From: Basidiobolus meristosporus CBS 931.73
Taxonomy: Eukaryota > Fungi > Basidiobolomycota
Length of the DNA: 35,965 bases
Direction of reading: 5' to 3'
Assembly: GCA_002104905.1 (NCBI GenBank)
Contig: MCFE01000793.1
Span: 1 to 35,965 of the forward strand
Below are positions 1 through 11,150 of this stretch, in pieces. Below the pieces are notes generated by a model that searched no databases, was not told where the DNA came from, and saw nothing but the letters and a program-made list of their open reading frames with translations. Both the position numbers and the translations under genes were made by a program. Position 1 is the stretch's first letter; the number at the start of each line of letters is the position of its first letter.

Positions 1-2129
1 ACCTGAGAAACATGCTGTCTTTGTTGATGACATAGGCATCAAGAGACAAAGATCCCAGGACACCACTGAAGTTATGCCTGGAGTAAGAAAGTTTGTCTGT
101 GACCATATTTCAGATAATGATGCCATATTACAAGCCATTAAAGAAGCTGGACTCACCATCAGTGGTGGGAAAAGCAGCTTTGGTGTATCATAGATACAAA
201 TTGTTAAACAAAAATGCAACACCTTTGGTTTTTCACCTGGAGACTCCAAGACACAAAAGATATGCAACTGGCCTACCCCTACAAATCTTACACAAGCTTG
301 CGGCTTTGAGGCAGCTTGTGGGTCCTTCAGGATCTGGATCCCACAATTTTCTGAGACAGCAGAACCAATCTACCTACTACAGGGAAAGAATACCCCATTT
401 ATCTTAGGAGAAGAACATGTAGAAGCCATGTAATACTAATAGAGGCCTTAGTATCTCCACCAGTTCTAAGACCTCTTGACTATCAGAGCACTGAGTACCC
501 ACCTATTTTGACAGTGGATGCAAGCCCTGTAGGAGCTAGGGCACTACTTAGCCAAGATGAAGAAGATGGCAACTGCTATGCCTGATGATATCAGAGCTGC
601 CTATTCTCTCCTGGAGAACAAGATACACTCAGATTAAGAGAGAGCTACTAGGAGTTGTGAAGATGCTGAGGAAGCTGAAGTCATAACTCCACATGACACA
701 TTTCATCCTGGAGACAGATGCCAAGCTACTTATAGGAATGATCAACAAGCCTGACTTAGCTGATGATGTCACAAACCAATGGATGGTATGGCTGAAAATG
801 TTTGACTTTGAGGTCAGACATATCCCTGGCAAGACAAATGTTGTGGCTGATGCACTCTCCAGGAAGGGACCATAATTTTTTGAAGACCTGGACTCTCACA
901 TTGATGGTATGAATGATGCAGAGATCTGACAGATTGCCATCAAAGACTAAGAGAGAACTACCTGGAGCCTGATCAAGGAATATCTAAGGACACTCAAGAA
1001 ACCTAGTTGGATGGAAATTCAGTAGTTTAGAAAACACAGAAAGAAGGTACACTACTACTATCTCATATATGATCTTCTCTTTAAACAAGTAAAGCCTGGA
1101 CTTATGCCAAGAAGCGCAGTCACTGCCCCACAAGAGCAACTGAACATTATGACAAGTATCTATTGAGAAGAACCAGGAGGATATAGAGGACAAAAAGCTA
1201 CCTAAAATACCACAGCTCAGGGGTACTACTGGGTAATCATGTACTATGAAATTCAACACTTTGTTGAGTCATGTGTAGCCTTCCAGAAGAGATCCTCTAA
1301 GCATTATGAAGAACCACTGCATCCTACTTACACAATCTGTCTATGGCAAAATGTTGGCATTGACCTTGTCTACATGCCAACAGCTGGATCAAAGAAGTAA
1401 CTGAATGTTGCTAGGGATGACCCTAGTGGATGGGCAGAAGCTCAAGCCTTGCCCAACAACAAGAGCCATACCATATGAAGATTTATACTTGAAGACATTA
1501 TCTACAGATTTGGCTGCATCCAGCAGTTTGTTGCTGAGAGAGGAGAGATCACATCCTTAATGATTCTGGAGTTGTGCTCAGAGTACAAGATACATGTTGC
1601 ATTTACTACAGCTTACCACCCTCAAGCCAATGGAATGGTAGAGAGAGGACTTGGACCACTGGTTAACTCTCTTGTCAAGAACTGGGAGAATAATACAACA
1701 CTGTGGCCACAGCAATTACATCTTGCACCCTGGGCCAATAGAATTACAACCAAGAGAACAAGTGTATTATTGCCATTATGCTACTCTATAGACATGACTG
1801 CATACTACCAGTTGAGTTAGACCCAGTCACTTGGAACTCTTTGGACTGGAAATCTAATATGCAGACTGAAGACCTCCTAGCCACTTGTATACAGAAACTT
1901 GATTACCATGACCTAAATATCAACAGAGCTGCTGAACAACTTAAGGATACACAGTGGAAGAGCAAAGTGCCATTTGACAAGCCACACTCAACATTACCAA
2001 AGCCACAATTACTAGGAGACCCAGAATTACTTTATGATTCCACTTTGGACAAACAATGGAGTTGGAAGTTTGACCACAAATGGACTGGCCCCTATCTCAT
2101 TTCCAAAGTGCTTGGAAATGGAAGTTATT
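1..2129 (+). pseudogene. Gypsy pol pseudogene (RT C-terminus, RNase H, integrase)
   Basis: Fragment ORFs 693-875, 1560-1820 and 1778-2131 carry the RNase H and integrase motifs; multiple stops and frameshifts. Confidence 0.9.
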
Positions 2130-2308
2130 AGACTTGTTCCATTGGATAGTGCCACATAGTGCCAGCCTGTTCATAGTGCCAGATTGATCTGGTACTATCT
2201 GGCACTATAATTTCTACCATCATGCCAGTGGTAGGATATAGTTACTGGTAATTTTGCTCAATCTTACTTATGTTGCTCAGAGTAGTGCTTTCCTTGCTTT
2301 ACATACTC

Positions 2309-3187
2309 TTAATAGTGCTCCAGACACATTTCTCTCAGTGGATGTCTTCTTGTATGAATATACTGTGCATTGAAAAGTATCTTAACTATTTTACCTATTC
2401 TACTGTTTTCTCCTATTTATGACTTTCCTCTGTATTTACATGCCAGTATGCTGAATCTCTTCAGATATCCAAATGTATGCTCTACCCTCACTCAGAAATG
2501 ATTAAATATCTCATTGTAGTGCTTCTGCTTCCTGCTAAGCAAACCACTTCTTGGCTTCCTATGAGCTGTAATACATCCTAATCTGTGACAATCCTCTCCT
2601 ATATACGCTAAGCCTGCCATACATTTCTCCCCTCTACTGAATTCTGGATGATTCTCTACCCAGAGTGCTTTGTCATGCCTACTTCCAGCAAATGGCCCAC
2701 TAAACCAGATGATGTTACCCTCAATGTCAAACAGTACTTGAAACTTCACACAGTGTGCCTTGTACTTGCCAGAATAAAAGTGCCTCTGCCCTCTAGAAGG
2801 TCTGCTAATCCTGACTGGGAAGGTATCCAAAATACTCCTTATATGGAACCTGTTGCTGAACACTCTGGGAGATGGGAGTCTATTGGAGCTTCTGAACCTA
2901 GAATTCCAAGCTTGCTCTAAGTATTTCATACCCTCTGCAAGGTGGTTCTCCATTGCTGTCAGCTGGGAATGAAAGCTTCTAGGACTTTTGATGCCATAGA
3001 TGGTGGGATGAAGCCTTGTAGGGCATTAGTTCTTGTAATAGCAGAGAAGCGTAACAAGGGACCTCTTTGAGTAGATTGGAGTAGACATACCACAGTGCTT
3101 GGTATGGATCTCCTCTAGTGTGTCAAAAGGAAATCCAGTGGTAGTGATGGGATTGATGAGAAAAGACCATTCACATGAGTAAGTCAT
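2309..3187 (-). pseudogene. DDE_Tnp_4-type transposase pseudogene (PHIS copy A)
   Basis: Same frame throughout as the intact copy B protein (ILDTFP, YSGKYKAH, GSRHD, RVEH) but with in-frame stops at 3026, 2492 and ~2417. Confidence 0.88.
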
Positions 3188-3545
3188 ATAAAAATTGGTA
3201 AGGATTGTGCTGAGATGATTTGATTTGATATGGTGCAATCAGCTTTATTTATCTGATTTTCCATGCATTATGATTAAATCTGCATGAATTGCCATGTATC
3301 CCATCATTATGTTGCAAAAATCATCCTCAAATAATAACTAGGTATTTTTATTGATGTCTTACTCACATGTCTATAATCAAGCAGGTAATCTGCAATTAAT
3401 GTGATCTGATCTGTGTCAATATGATCTAAGATGCATCATGCATAATATATGGAAAATTCAACAATCACATTAGTTTTCATATATATTTCATATGAGACCA
3501 GGTTAATGCCAATACACCACTGTATAAGTATTCAAATCCATCACT

Positions 3546-4790
3546 ATGGTCCCTACACCAAGTCTCAACTCATCTTTAGTTCAACCCAGACAAAACCCAT
3601 CCCCCAGCTCAGAAGCACAGTCTGGACCAGAAAAGGCATTGTTGGATCTGTTTGAGTTCTTGCCAAATGCTTTCAGTATGGCCCAAGTGTCTATGATGAG
3701 CCTTCATACAGATATTTGGGCACTACTCATTAATCTAGCAGAACTAGATACCTCAGAGAGTCAACAGAGATGGAAGAACCTCATTAGAAAGCTGTGGCAT
3801 GAGTTCTACATCAAGATGCCAGTGGATGTATGTAAGAAGACATATAACAAGACAAGTATTGAAATCAAGAATGAGCTGAGAGTGAGGGGATTTGATGAGG
3901 AAGCCACATGGGAGCAATTTTGTGCGTAATTTGCTCAGTACAGGCTGGATACATCTGTTTGTGCCTTGACTTTGGGAACCAAAGAGATTTGAATGAGTTT
4001 TTGCCTCAAATGACTAATGTATTATGTGATATATTAGTAGAGCAAAGTGGCTTCTAAGAGCAATATACACATGACTCATCCAGGCAACAGTTGCAAAGTA
4101 CTAGACAGAGGGTAAGTGAATACCTTGAGGAATCAGAAGGTGAGCTTCAAGAGGAAGAATACAGACCGCAAGCAACATTGTCTAGATTGCACCAGCATGC
4201 CTTACTGGATTCCTTACCATCCCTTACAACTTCAGCATTTTGCGCATGTCAGTCCAAACTACACCAACACCCTTCACAAGAGCACCCTGCATTGACTCAA
4301 CATGTATTGGGTCAACATGCATATTCAGAGCAAAACCACCAGTACTGGCTAAACTGCTCAAAAAGACACAAGTCCATTGGAGCCGGCCAAGTTGTGTCAA
4401 CAAACAGCATCACATCAAACTCAGCCTGGGGCCATGCAAGTGCATCAAGTCGCGTCTGTGCGTGCCATTACACCTGACCATCAGCAAGTTACTTCTGGTG
4501 AACCAACTGATGATGACCCACATGCAATGCCTCCACCACCAGAGCCTTTGGCAAGTAAAAGAACGCATCAGCGCATAGCACTGCAGGCCAGCTCAGTTGC
4601 ATCATCTGGAGCAATTCAGTGCAGCCAAGCTGCAGCATTCCACTCATCAACTAGAAGACAAAATACTGACTAAGAATACACAAGTAGCCAAGAGGATAGT
4701 CAGCAAGAAAGTAGTTTAGGTGTGCATAGTGAAGCACTACCAAATGCTTTGGTAGTAATCCCTGTGAGAAAAAAACCTAGGAGAAGATGA
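3546..4790 (+). pseudogene. PHIS ORF2 pseudogene (copy A), putative Myb/SANT-like accessory protein
   Basis: Homologous to 21016-22263; fragments 3546-3929, 4091-4477 and 4377-4673; stops and frameshifts; ends PVRKKPRRR*. Confidence 0.75.
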
Positions 4791-5537
4791 TGTAACTGCA
4801 TTGAATTGCTATTACTTGTAATGATCCAAATAACACATTTTTTTTTGCAATCTGTATCAAGCCATCACATATCAGTGATCACTAAATTTTTGATATAAGC
4901 AATATCAAGATTGCCTCACATTTGAGACAGGACCTCTACAAATAAACACCCTGCATATGTATACATCATCTGTGGCACCAGTGCAGCCATTTGATCTGAT
5001 TTGCACCCAGATGATTGATTGCGTGCTAGCTATGACGCCTTGCCCAATCACTATGTTCAGGGACTTACTTGCTTAATGGGCAAAATGGGATATTTGATGG
5101 CAAGTCAGGTAGCTTGTTTATTGGTCAAAGAGCTAACAGGGGGCTGAATGCTTCAGGATACTTTTGGACCAACTAACCACTGAGGTACCATCCAATTGGA
5201 GTGATGGTAACCAAAATGGTAAGTATCAGTGTAGTTTATAGTGCAATAAGCATTGATTTCCATTTACATCAAAGAAACATATCAAAATACCAGATTTTAC
5301 CTATCATAATAGCGGTATCCAATTGCACACATGATGCAAATATTTCAAGTGGTTGCAATCATTTGTGCCAACCTCATTGTGTCAGATTGCGCCGTAGTGT
5401 GTGAGATCATCCCACATGGTGCAAAATTGTCCAAGAGCAATCCTGCCTACTGGTAACTACAATATCACGCCAAATTATTCTTAGAGACCGCAGATTGTGC
5501 CATGCACCCTGGCATGGTACAATGGAACAAGTCTATT

Positions 5538-5632
5538 ACAAATGTGAGCTTGACAACACCCAGTTAAGAGCACCAGTTGCAGGGAACCAACTTAAGTTAT
5601 TCAAGCATAGGAACTTTGCACATCTGGATTAG
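5538..5632 (+). pseudogene. Displaced C-terminal end of the Gypsy integrase
   Basis: Removing 2130-5537 rejoins ...GNGSY-YKCELDNTQLRAPVAGNQLKLFKHRNFAHLD*, a typical Gypsy integrase tail. Confidence 0.8.
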
Positions 5633-5658
5633 TTTGCTTTGACCCAAGCTCAAAGTTC

Positions 5659-5979
5659 AGAGGGGGATGGATGAAGGGCAGTCACAGTGACACCCACTGA
5701 CAGATGTGCTCATTCCCATATTTTCTACTTCCCTTTTTCCCTGCCACACTTATTTTAGTTTTATCCCATTTTTCTTACTAGATCAGTACTATCCCATAAG
5801 CTGGCTGACTAGCACACCTGCTTACCTTATTGCATAAGTTATTCCTCACTTTATGTAAGATTACTAGCTGTAAGTGCTTATATATTAGGCAAGTACCCAC
5901 TCTAGTACCCATGGCACATCATCAACCCATGTCACCATCCCTACCATTTCTCTACCATAAATGGGATCCCTATGTTACA
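5659..5979 (+). repeat. Purine-rich tract (5659-5678) and putative Gypsy 3' LTR (~5680-5979)
   Basis: AGAGGGGGATGGATGAAGGG directly after the pol stop, then (A)GTCACA...TGTTACA, resembling TG...CA LTR ends. The partner LTR is not in the window. Confidence 0.5.
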
Positions 5980-6466
5980 CAGGTTTTGGAGTACTGATTC
6001 CTGATTGGTTGGTTGTGCTGTGCCCCTTGGAACCTTCCAGCACCTACATAGAATATTCTTTCCTCATTCTGATGTCATTAAGATTTCTATTGATCTCCAG
6101 AACCTTGTAGAACACCATGATTAGTAATCACTCAGTGAGAAAAGTATATAAGGGAGGCTATCCCACAACAATAAATCATTGGCCCTTTTATCAATATATC
6201 AACTTCCTGATTAGTGTGATCACTGCTACCTGCTGCTACCTGAACTTCCAACCCCTGACCACAGGACACTCTCAGGAAACCGTGTTGACAACCAACTGAC
6301 CTTGGAGGCACAACTTGTGAGGAATACCCAGAGTAGGTATCTTTAATTATACTTGATTCTTTCCCAAGTTTGTTCTTGTGCAGGCAAAGATACTTTCTGT
6401 CTTTGCAAGTATTGACCACTGCTGCATTCTTATCAAGTCCCTGCTGGTGGATTTTACAGTTGTTTT

Positions 6467-6815
6467 TGTTGTAAAATTCGTAATTTCCACCTAAATATTC
6501 ACCTAACTTAGTCACTTAGATCATTACCCTCAAATCCTAGAGAATACTGACCAAATTCCTTGTCGGGATTTACTTAGAATATTTTCACCAAAATGCCAGG
6601 TACCCAGAACATGAAAATTCTCAAAGTTGTCCAAACAGCCCCAAACTTTGCACACATGTTCTTGGGACCTTCCTTAACCTATTCTACGTGTTTGTAATGC
6701 CAAGACCATGTAAAAGTATAAATACTACTTTTACATTCAATAAATCATTAAGTGAAAACCACATAATCTACTTGTTCTCCAAATCACTTCCAATATCTCC
6801 AAGACTCTTACAACA
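6467..6815 (+). repeat. Copia-1 5' LTR
   Basis: Direct repeat of 10802-11150; TG...CA ends with 8-bp terminal inverted repeat. Confidence 0.97.
6717..6744 (+). promoter_or_regulatory. TATA-like box (TATAAATA 6717-6724) and AATAAA (6739-6744) in the Copia LTR
   Basis: Motifs at the expected U3/R position and retained in most LTR copies; function inferred. Confidence 0.45.
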
Positions 6816-6827
6816 GGTTATGAGCCC
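6816..6827 (+). other. Primer binding site GGTTATGAGCCC (initiator tRNA-Met anticodon arm, half-tRNA priming type)
   Basis: Directly after the 5' LTR; reverse complement GGGCTCATAACC matches the fungal tRNAiMet anticodon stem-loop. Also at 18899-18910 (-), 23057-23068 (+) and 27823-27834 (-). Confidence 0.85.
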
Positions 6828-9800
6828 CGAGCTGTCACTCTCTGCAATGTCTACTACTGCTATTACTGGAATTTTTCCCTCTGCTGAAAAGTTGGATGGA
6901 TCTAACTACCAAGTGTGGAAGGTGAAGATGAAGATGCTGCTGCAAGAAAGAGGCCTTTGGGATATTGTCATGGGAGAAGAATGCCCTCCTAAAAACGTGG
7001 GAGAGGAAGCCTTAAAGTACCAGAAGAAAGAACAAAGTGCCTTTAACTGCATTTGCCTTAATGTCAAGGACAAATTGCTAATTCAATGCTCAAGAGCAAA
7101 AACGGCAAAGAATGCCTGGAAGGCATTAGAAGACACCTACCAGTCATGTTCAGCTGCCAAGAAAATGTATCTGAGAAGAAAATTCTTTACTACAAAGATG
7201 CTGCCAGGAGAAGAAATGAAAAATCTAATTAACAGAATTACCCTGCTGGTAGATGAGATGGAATCTGTGGGCGTACCAACTACTGATGAGGATGTGATAG
7301 TTACCATCCTGAATAGCCTGACAGACGAGTTTCAGGGCCTTGTATCAGCCCTAGAGTCCAGAACTGAAGATTTGACCTTAAATTACGTATATGGAAGGCT
7401 CCTGGATGAAGAATTAAGAAAATCAAGCGCCAATAAGAAGGAAGAAGAAAATGCTTTAATAAGCAATGATAACCAACAAAGGAGGTACCCAAGACCCTAC
7501 AAAGGCAACAACAACCTATTTTGCAACTACTGCAAAAGGAAAGGACACACATCAGACCGGTGTTTCAAAAAGAGAGATTATCAGCAAAAGAAGCCTGAAT
7601 ATGGAAATGCTGCAACAACTGAAGATAGACTATTCATATCTGCACTAAATATGACCACAAACAAGGATTCTCAGACGTGGTATATTGACTCTGGAGCTTC
7701 TCAACACTTTACACACCAAAAAGAACTTTTTACCCAATATCAAGAAATTCCAATTAAGAAGGTTTTCATGGGTGACGATAGAACACTTGATGCAGTGGGA
7801 GAAGGAACTATCCAAGTAAACCTTAGAAGCAGTGAAGGAAGCCATACACTGACCTTTAAAGAAGTACTCTATGTACCAGAAATAGCCAAGAACCTACTCT
7901 CTGTAAGCAAGGCCACAGCAGAAGGACTCAGTTTCAGTTTTGACAATTATGGATGCAGGATCACTGATCAAAATGGTGCTCATATTGCTTCGGGCATCAG
8001 AGATCAGAACCTATACAAGTTGACTTATATTCCATCATATCTGGAAGCCAATATAAGTAACTTAAATGAAGAAACACCAATGCTTTGGCACAGGAGATTT
8101 GGACACATCAATTTTGATTATTTGCGCAAAATGATCAAAGATCAGCTAATTTCTGGAGTGAAAATTGATCCCCCAGCTAATTTGGAGCACTGTGAAGCCT
8201 GCATATATGGGAAACAAGCCAGACAACCGTTCAAGAGCTCTGGGTTAATCAAAACTAAGAAAAAATTAGATCTAATTCACTCAGATCTGTGTGGACCTAT
8301 GCAAAATTTATCCTTAGGCGGGATGAAGTATTTAATCACTTTTATTGATGATTATACAAGATACACATGGGTCTACTTCATGGAGAGAAAGGAAGAAGCT
8401 CTGTCTAAGTTCAGGGAGTTTAAAGCCATGGTGGAGAGAGAAACTGGTGAAAAAATCAAGAAAATACGCTCTGACAATGGTGGAGAATATACCTCAAAAC
8501 TCTTCATCCACTTCTGCAAAATTCATGGGATAAAGCAAGAGACTACTGTACCATACTCCCCACAGCAAAATGGAGTAGCAGAACGAGCTAACAGATCAAT
8601 AATTGATATGGCAAGATCTATGATCCATGATCAAAAATTATCCTATGATTTTTGGGCGGAATCAGTTGCCACTGCTGTATATCTTAAAAATAGGAGTTAT
8701 AACAGAATACTTCGTGATTCTACTCCATTTGAAGCATGGTATGGATACAGACCAAGTGCAGAACATCTAAGAATATTTGGGTGCACAGCATATGCCAAAA
8801 AACTGGCCGGAAATCAGTCAAAATTTGAGCCAAAAAGTGTAAAATGCATATTTTTGGGCTACTGCAATGAGAGTAAGGCATACAGACTCTACAATACCGA
8901 AGCAAAGAAGCTGATCAAGTCCAGGGATGTGTTGTTTGATGAAAATTCAAAATTTTCACAAAAAATGACATCAGATGATGACGAAAATTTGATCTCAAGT
9001 CCACCAATTGTCAGGATTGAATCAGAGCAAAACAATGAAAATTTTTTCACTCCAGAGGACTCTACAACCGTGGTTCAGCCAGAATCAGTGCCCAGGAATA
9101 TCCCAGAAGTGATCATTCCAGTATCAAATGCCCGGAGATCCAATCGGACAAGAAATAGCCCAAATTACTATATCAATGAGGGTACAAACTTAGCCTATGC
9201 CTATTCAGTCCATATTGATGAACCCCAGACTGTAAAAGAGGCCCTAAATAGCCCTCAGACAAAGTTTTGGAGATCTGCAATGACTGAGGAATATCAGGCA
9301 CTGATGGAAAATCAAACTTGGGACTTAGTCAAATTACCAATCAACCAAAAATCAATTGGATGCAGATGGGTCTTCAAGACAAAATACAAGGCTGATGGTA
9401 CAATTGAAAGATACAAAGCAAGACTTGTAGCCAAAGGATACTCTCAAACAAAAGGACTTGACTATACTGAGACCTTTGCACCGGTAGCCAAGTTTAATTC
9501 CATCAGATTAATATTGGCTATTGCAGCCAAATATAAGTTTTTTATTCATCAAATGGATGTAAAAACTGCATTTTTGAATGGAGAACTTGATGAGGACGTG
9601 TATATGGACCAGCCTGATGGGTTTGTTGACCAAGATAACCCCCATTTGGTCTGCAAGCTTAAAAAGTCACTATATGGTCTCAAACAATCACCAAGAGCCT
9701 GGAATTGCAAGATAGATTCTTATTTGGAATCTTTGAGTTTCAAAAGGAGTAATGCTGACTATAGTATATACTATAAGCCAGATAGAGCAAATCCAGTTCT

Positions 9801-10790
9801 ATTAGCTCTATATGTGGATGATCTTATTATAGCCGCCAATAACCTAGAAACATTGGAAGAGACTAAATCCAGCCTATCTAAGGAGTTCAAGATGTCCGAT
9901 CTAGGAGAACTTAGTTACTACTTAGGGATTAAGTTCTCCATAGACAGAAGTACCCAGACTATTACCCTAAGCCAATCCAAGTATATTCAAGATATACTAA
10001 AGAAGTACAAAATGGAAGACTGTAAACCGGCAGCTACCCCAATGGAGACAAACCTTAACTTGGTCAAAACTCAACCAAATCAAGAGAGCTTGGTGCCATC
10101 TGAAAGCCCTGACTTTCCTTATCAATCTATGGTTGGCAGTCTGATGTATATCATGCTTGGAACACGTCCAGATATCTCATATTCAGTGGGAGTTGTCAGC
10201 CAACATAATCAGAATTATGGATCTGATCATATTGCAGCAGTTAAGCGGATTTTTAGATACCTAAAAGGAACTGCTGATATCTGCTTAAGATACACTTATA
10301 AGGATTCAGAACAGGATCTTGTGGGATACTCTGATGCTGATTGGGGACGAAATTTAGAAGACAGAAGATCCACCACAGGATACACCTTTCTTTACTGTAA
10401 AGGAGCATTTCATGGAATTCAAGAAAGCAACCAACCGTAGCACTTTCTACTACAGAGGCAGAGTATATGGCAGCCTGTGAAGCTACAAAAGAAGCAATGT
10501 GGTTAAGAAAGCTCTTTACAGATTTAGGCCTATGTCAAAAAACGCCTATTACTTTATTTCAAGATAATCAAGGATGTATACAATTAGGTAGAAATCCAAC
10601 TTTTCATGCTAGAACCAAGCACATAGATATTAGACATCATTTCATACGTGAAGCTATAGAGAATAACTTAGTTAGCTTAGTTTACTGTCCTACAGATGAA
10701 ATGATTGCAGACATATTTACCAAACCATTAGCTAGAGACAAGTTTGAATATCTTAGGTCAAAATTAGGACTAGTCAGTATGAACATTTAG
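6820..10790 (+). CDS. Copia Gag-Pol polyprotein (Gag, zinc knuckle, protease, integrase, RT, RNase H), one -1 nt frameshift at ~10407
   Basis: CNYCKRKGHTSDRC knuckle (7522-7563); WYIDSGASQH protease; HRRFGH...CEAC; HSDLCGP / SDNGGEY / NGVAER integrase; LYVDDL RT; YSDADW, EAEY and QDNQ RNase H. First ATG at 6820 (alternative 6847). GGAGCATTTCATGG here versus GGAGCAATTTCATGG in copies 2 and 4. Confidence 0.93.
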
Positions 10791-10792
10791 CT

Positions 10793-10801
10793 GAGTGGGA
10801 G
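10793..10801 (+). other. Polypurine tract GAGTGGGAG
   Basis: Directly before the 3' LTR; same at 27017-27025 and 29602-29610. Confidence 0.8.
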
Positions 10802-11150
10802 TGTTGTAAAATTCGTAATTTCCACCTAAATATTCACCTAACTTAGTCACTTAGATCATTACCTTCAAATCCTAGAGAATACTGACCAAATTCCTTGTCG
10901 GGATTTACTTAGAATATTTTCACCAAAATGCCAGGTACCCAGAACATGAAAATTCTCAAAGTTGTCCAAACAGCCCCAAACTTTGCACACATGTTCTTGG
11001 GACCTTCCTTAACCTATTCTACGTGTTTGTAATGCCAAGACCATGTAAAAGTATAAATACTACTTTTACATTCAATAAATCATTAAGTGAAAACCACATA
11101 ATCTACTTGTTCTCCAAATCACTTCCAATATCTCCAAGACTCTTACAACA
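10802..11150 (+). repeat. Copia-1 3' LTR
   Basis: Direct repeat of 6467-6815. Confidence 0.97.

Larger units (their letters stand above)
2130..5534. mobile_element. PHIS-superfamily (PIF/Harbinger-related, Pangu-like) DNA transposon, copy A, 3405 bp, degenerate
   Basis: 15-bp perfect TIRs AGACTTGTTCCATTG (2130-2144 / 5520-5534); 3-bp TSD ATT (2127-2129 / 5535-5537); DDE_Tnp_4-type transposase on minus and a divergent second ORF on plus; colinear with copy B. Confidence 0.9.
1..5979 (+). mobile_element. Degenerate Ty3/Gypsy LTR retrotransposon, 3' portion (RT-RNaseH-integrase, PPT, putative 3' LTR), interrupted by a DNA transposon at 2130-5534
   Basis: RT motif FVDDIGIK at 20-43; LTVDASPVG and LETDAK...FDFEVRHIPGKTNVVADALSR (RNase H); integrase GIDLVYMP, ARDDPSGWAEAQAL, NGMVERG, WTGPYLISKVLGNGSY. 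Domain order RT-RH-IN is the Gypsy order. Many stops and frameshifts. Confidence 0.9.
6467..11150 (+). mobile_element. Ty1/Copia LTR retrotransposon copy 1, full length (4684 bp), very young
   Basis: 349-bp LTRs TGTTGTAA...TTACAACA differing at one position by eye; TSD GTTTT (6462-6466 / 11151-11155); PBS, single gag-pol ORF and PPT all present. Confidence 0.97.

Noticed and set aside
5980-6130. Possible LINE endonuclease start on the minus strand (INRNLNDIR...)
   Set aside because: Too short and degenerate; no supporting endonuclease or RT motifs.
6688-6819. N-terminal extension of Gag starting at a GTG inside the LTR (also 18907-19038 and 22878-23060)
   Set aside because: Non-ATG start within LTR sequence; the first ATG is at 6820. 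The 22878 version even begins inside PHIS-B.
7301-7845. Short ORFs recurring in each Copia copy (e.g. MCVLSFCSS..., MITNKGGTQ...)
   Set aside because: Antisense or off-frame shadows of gag-pol; they recur only because the element is repeated.
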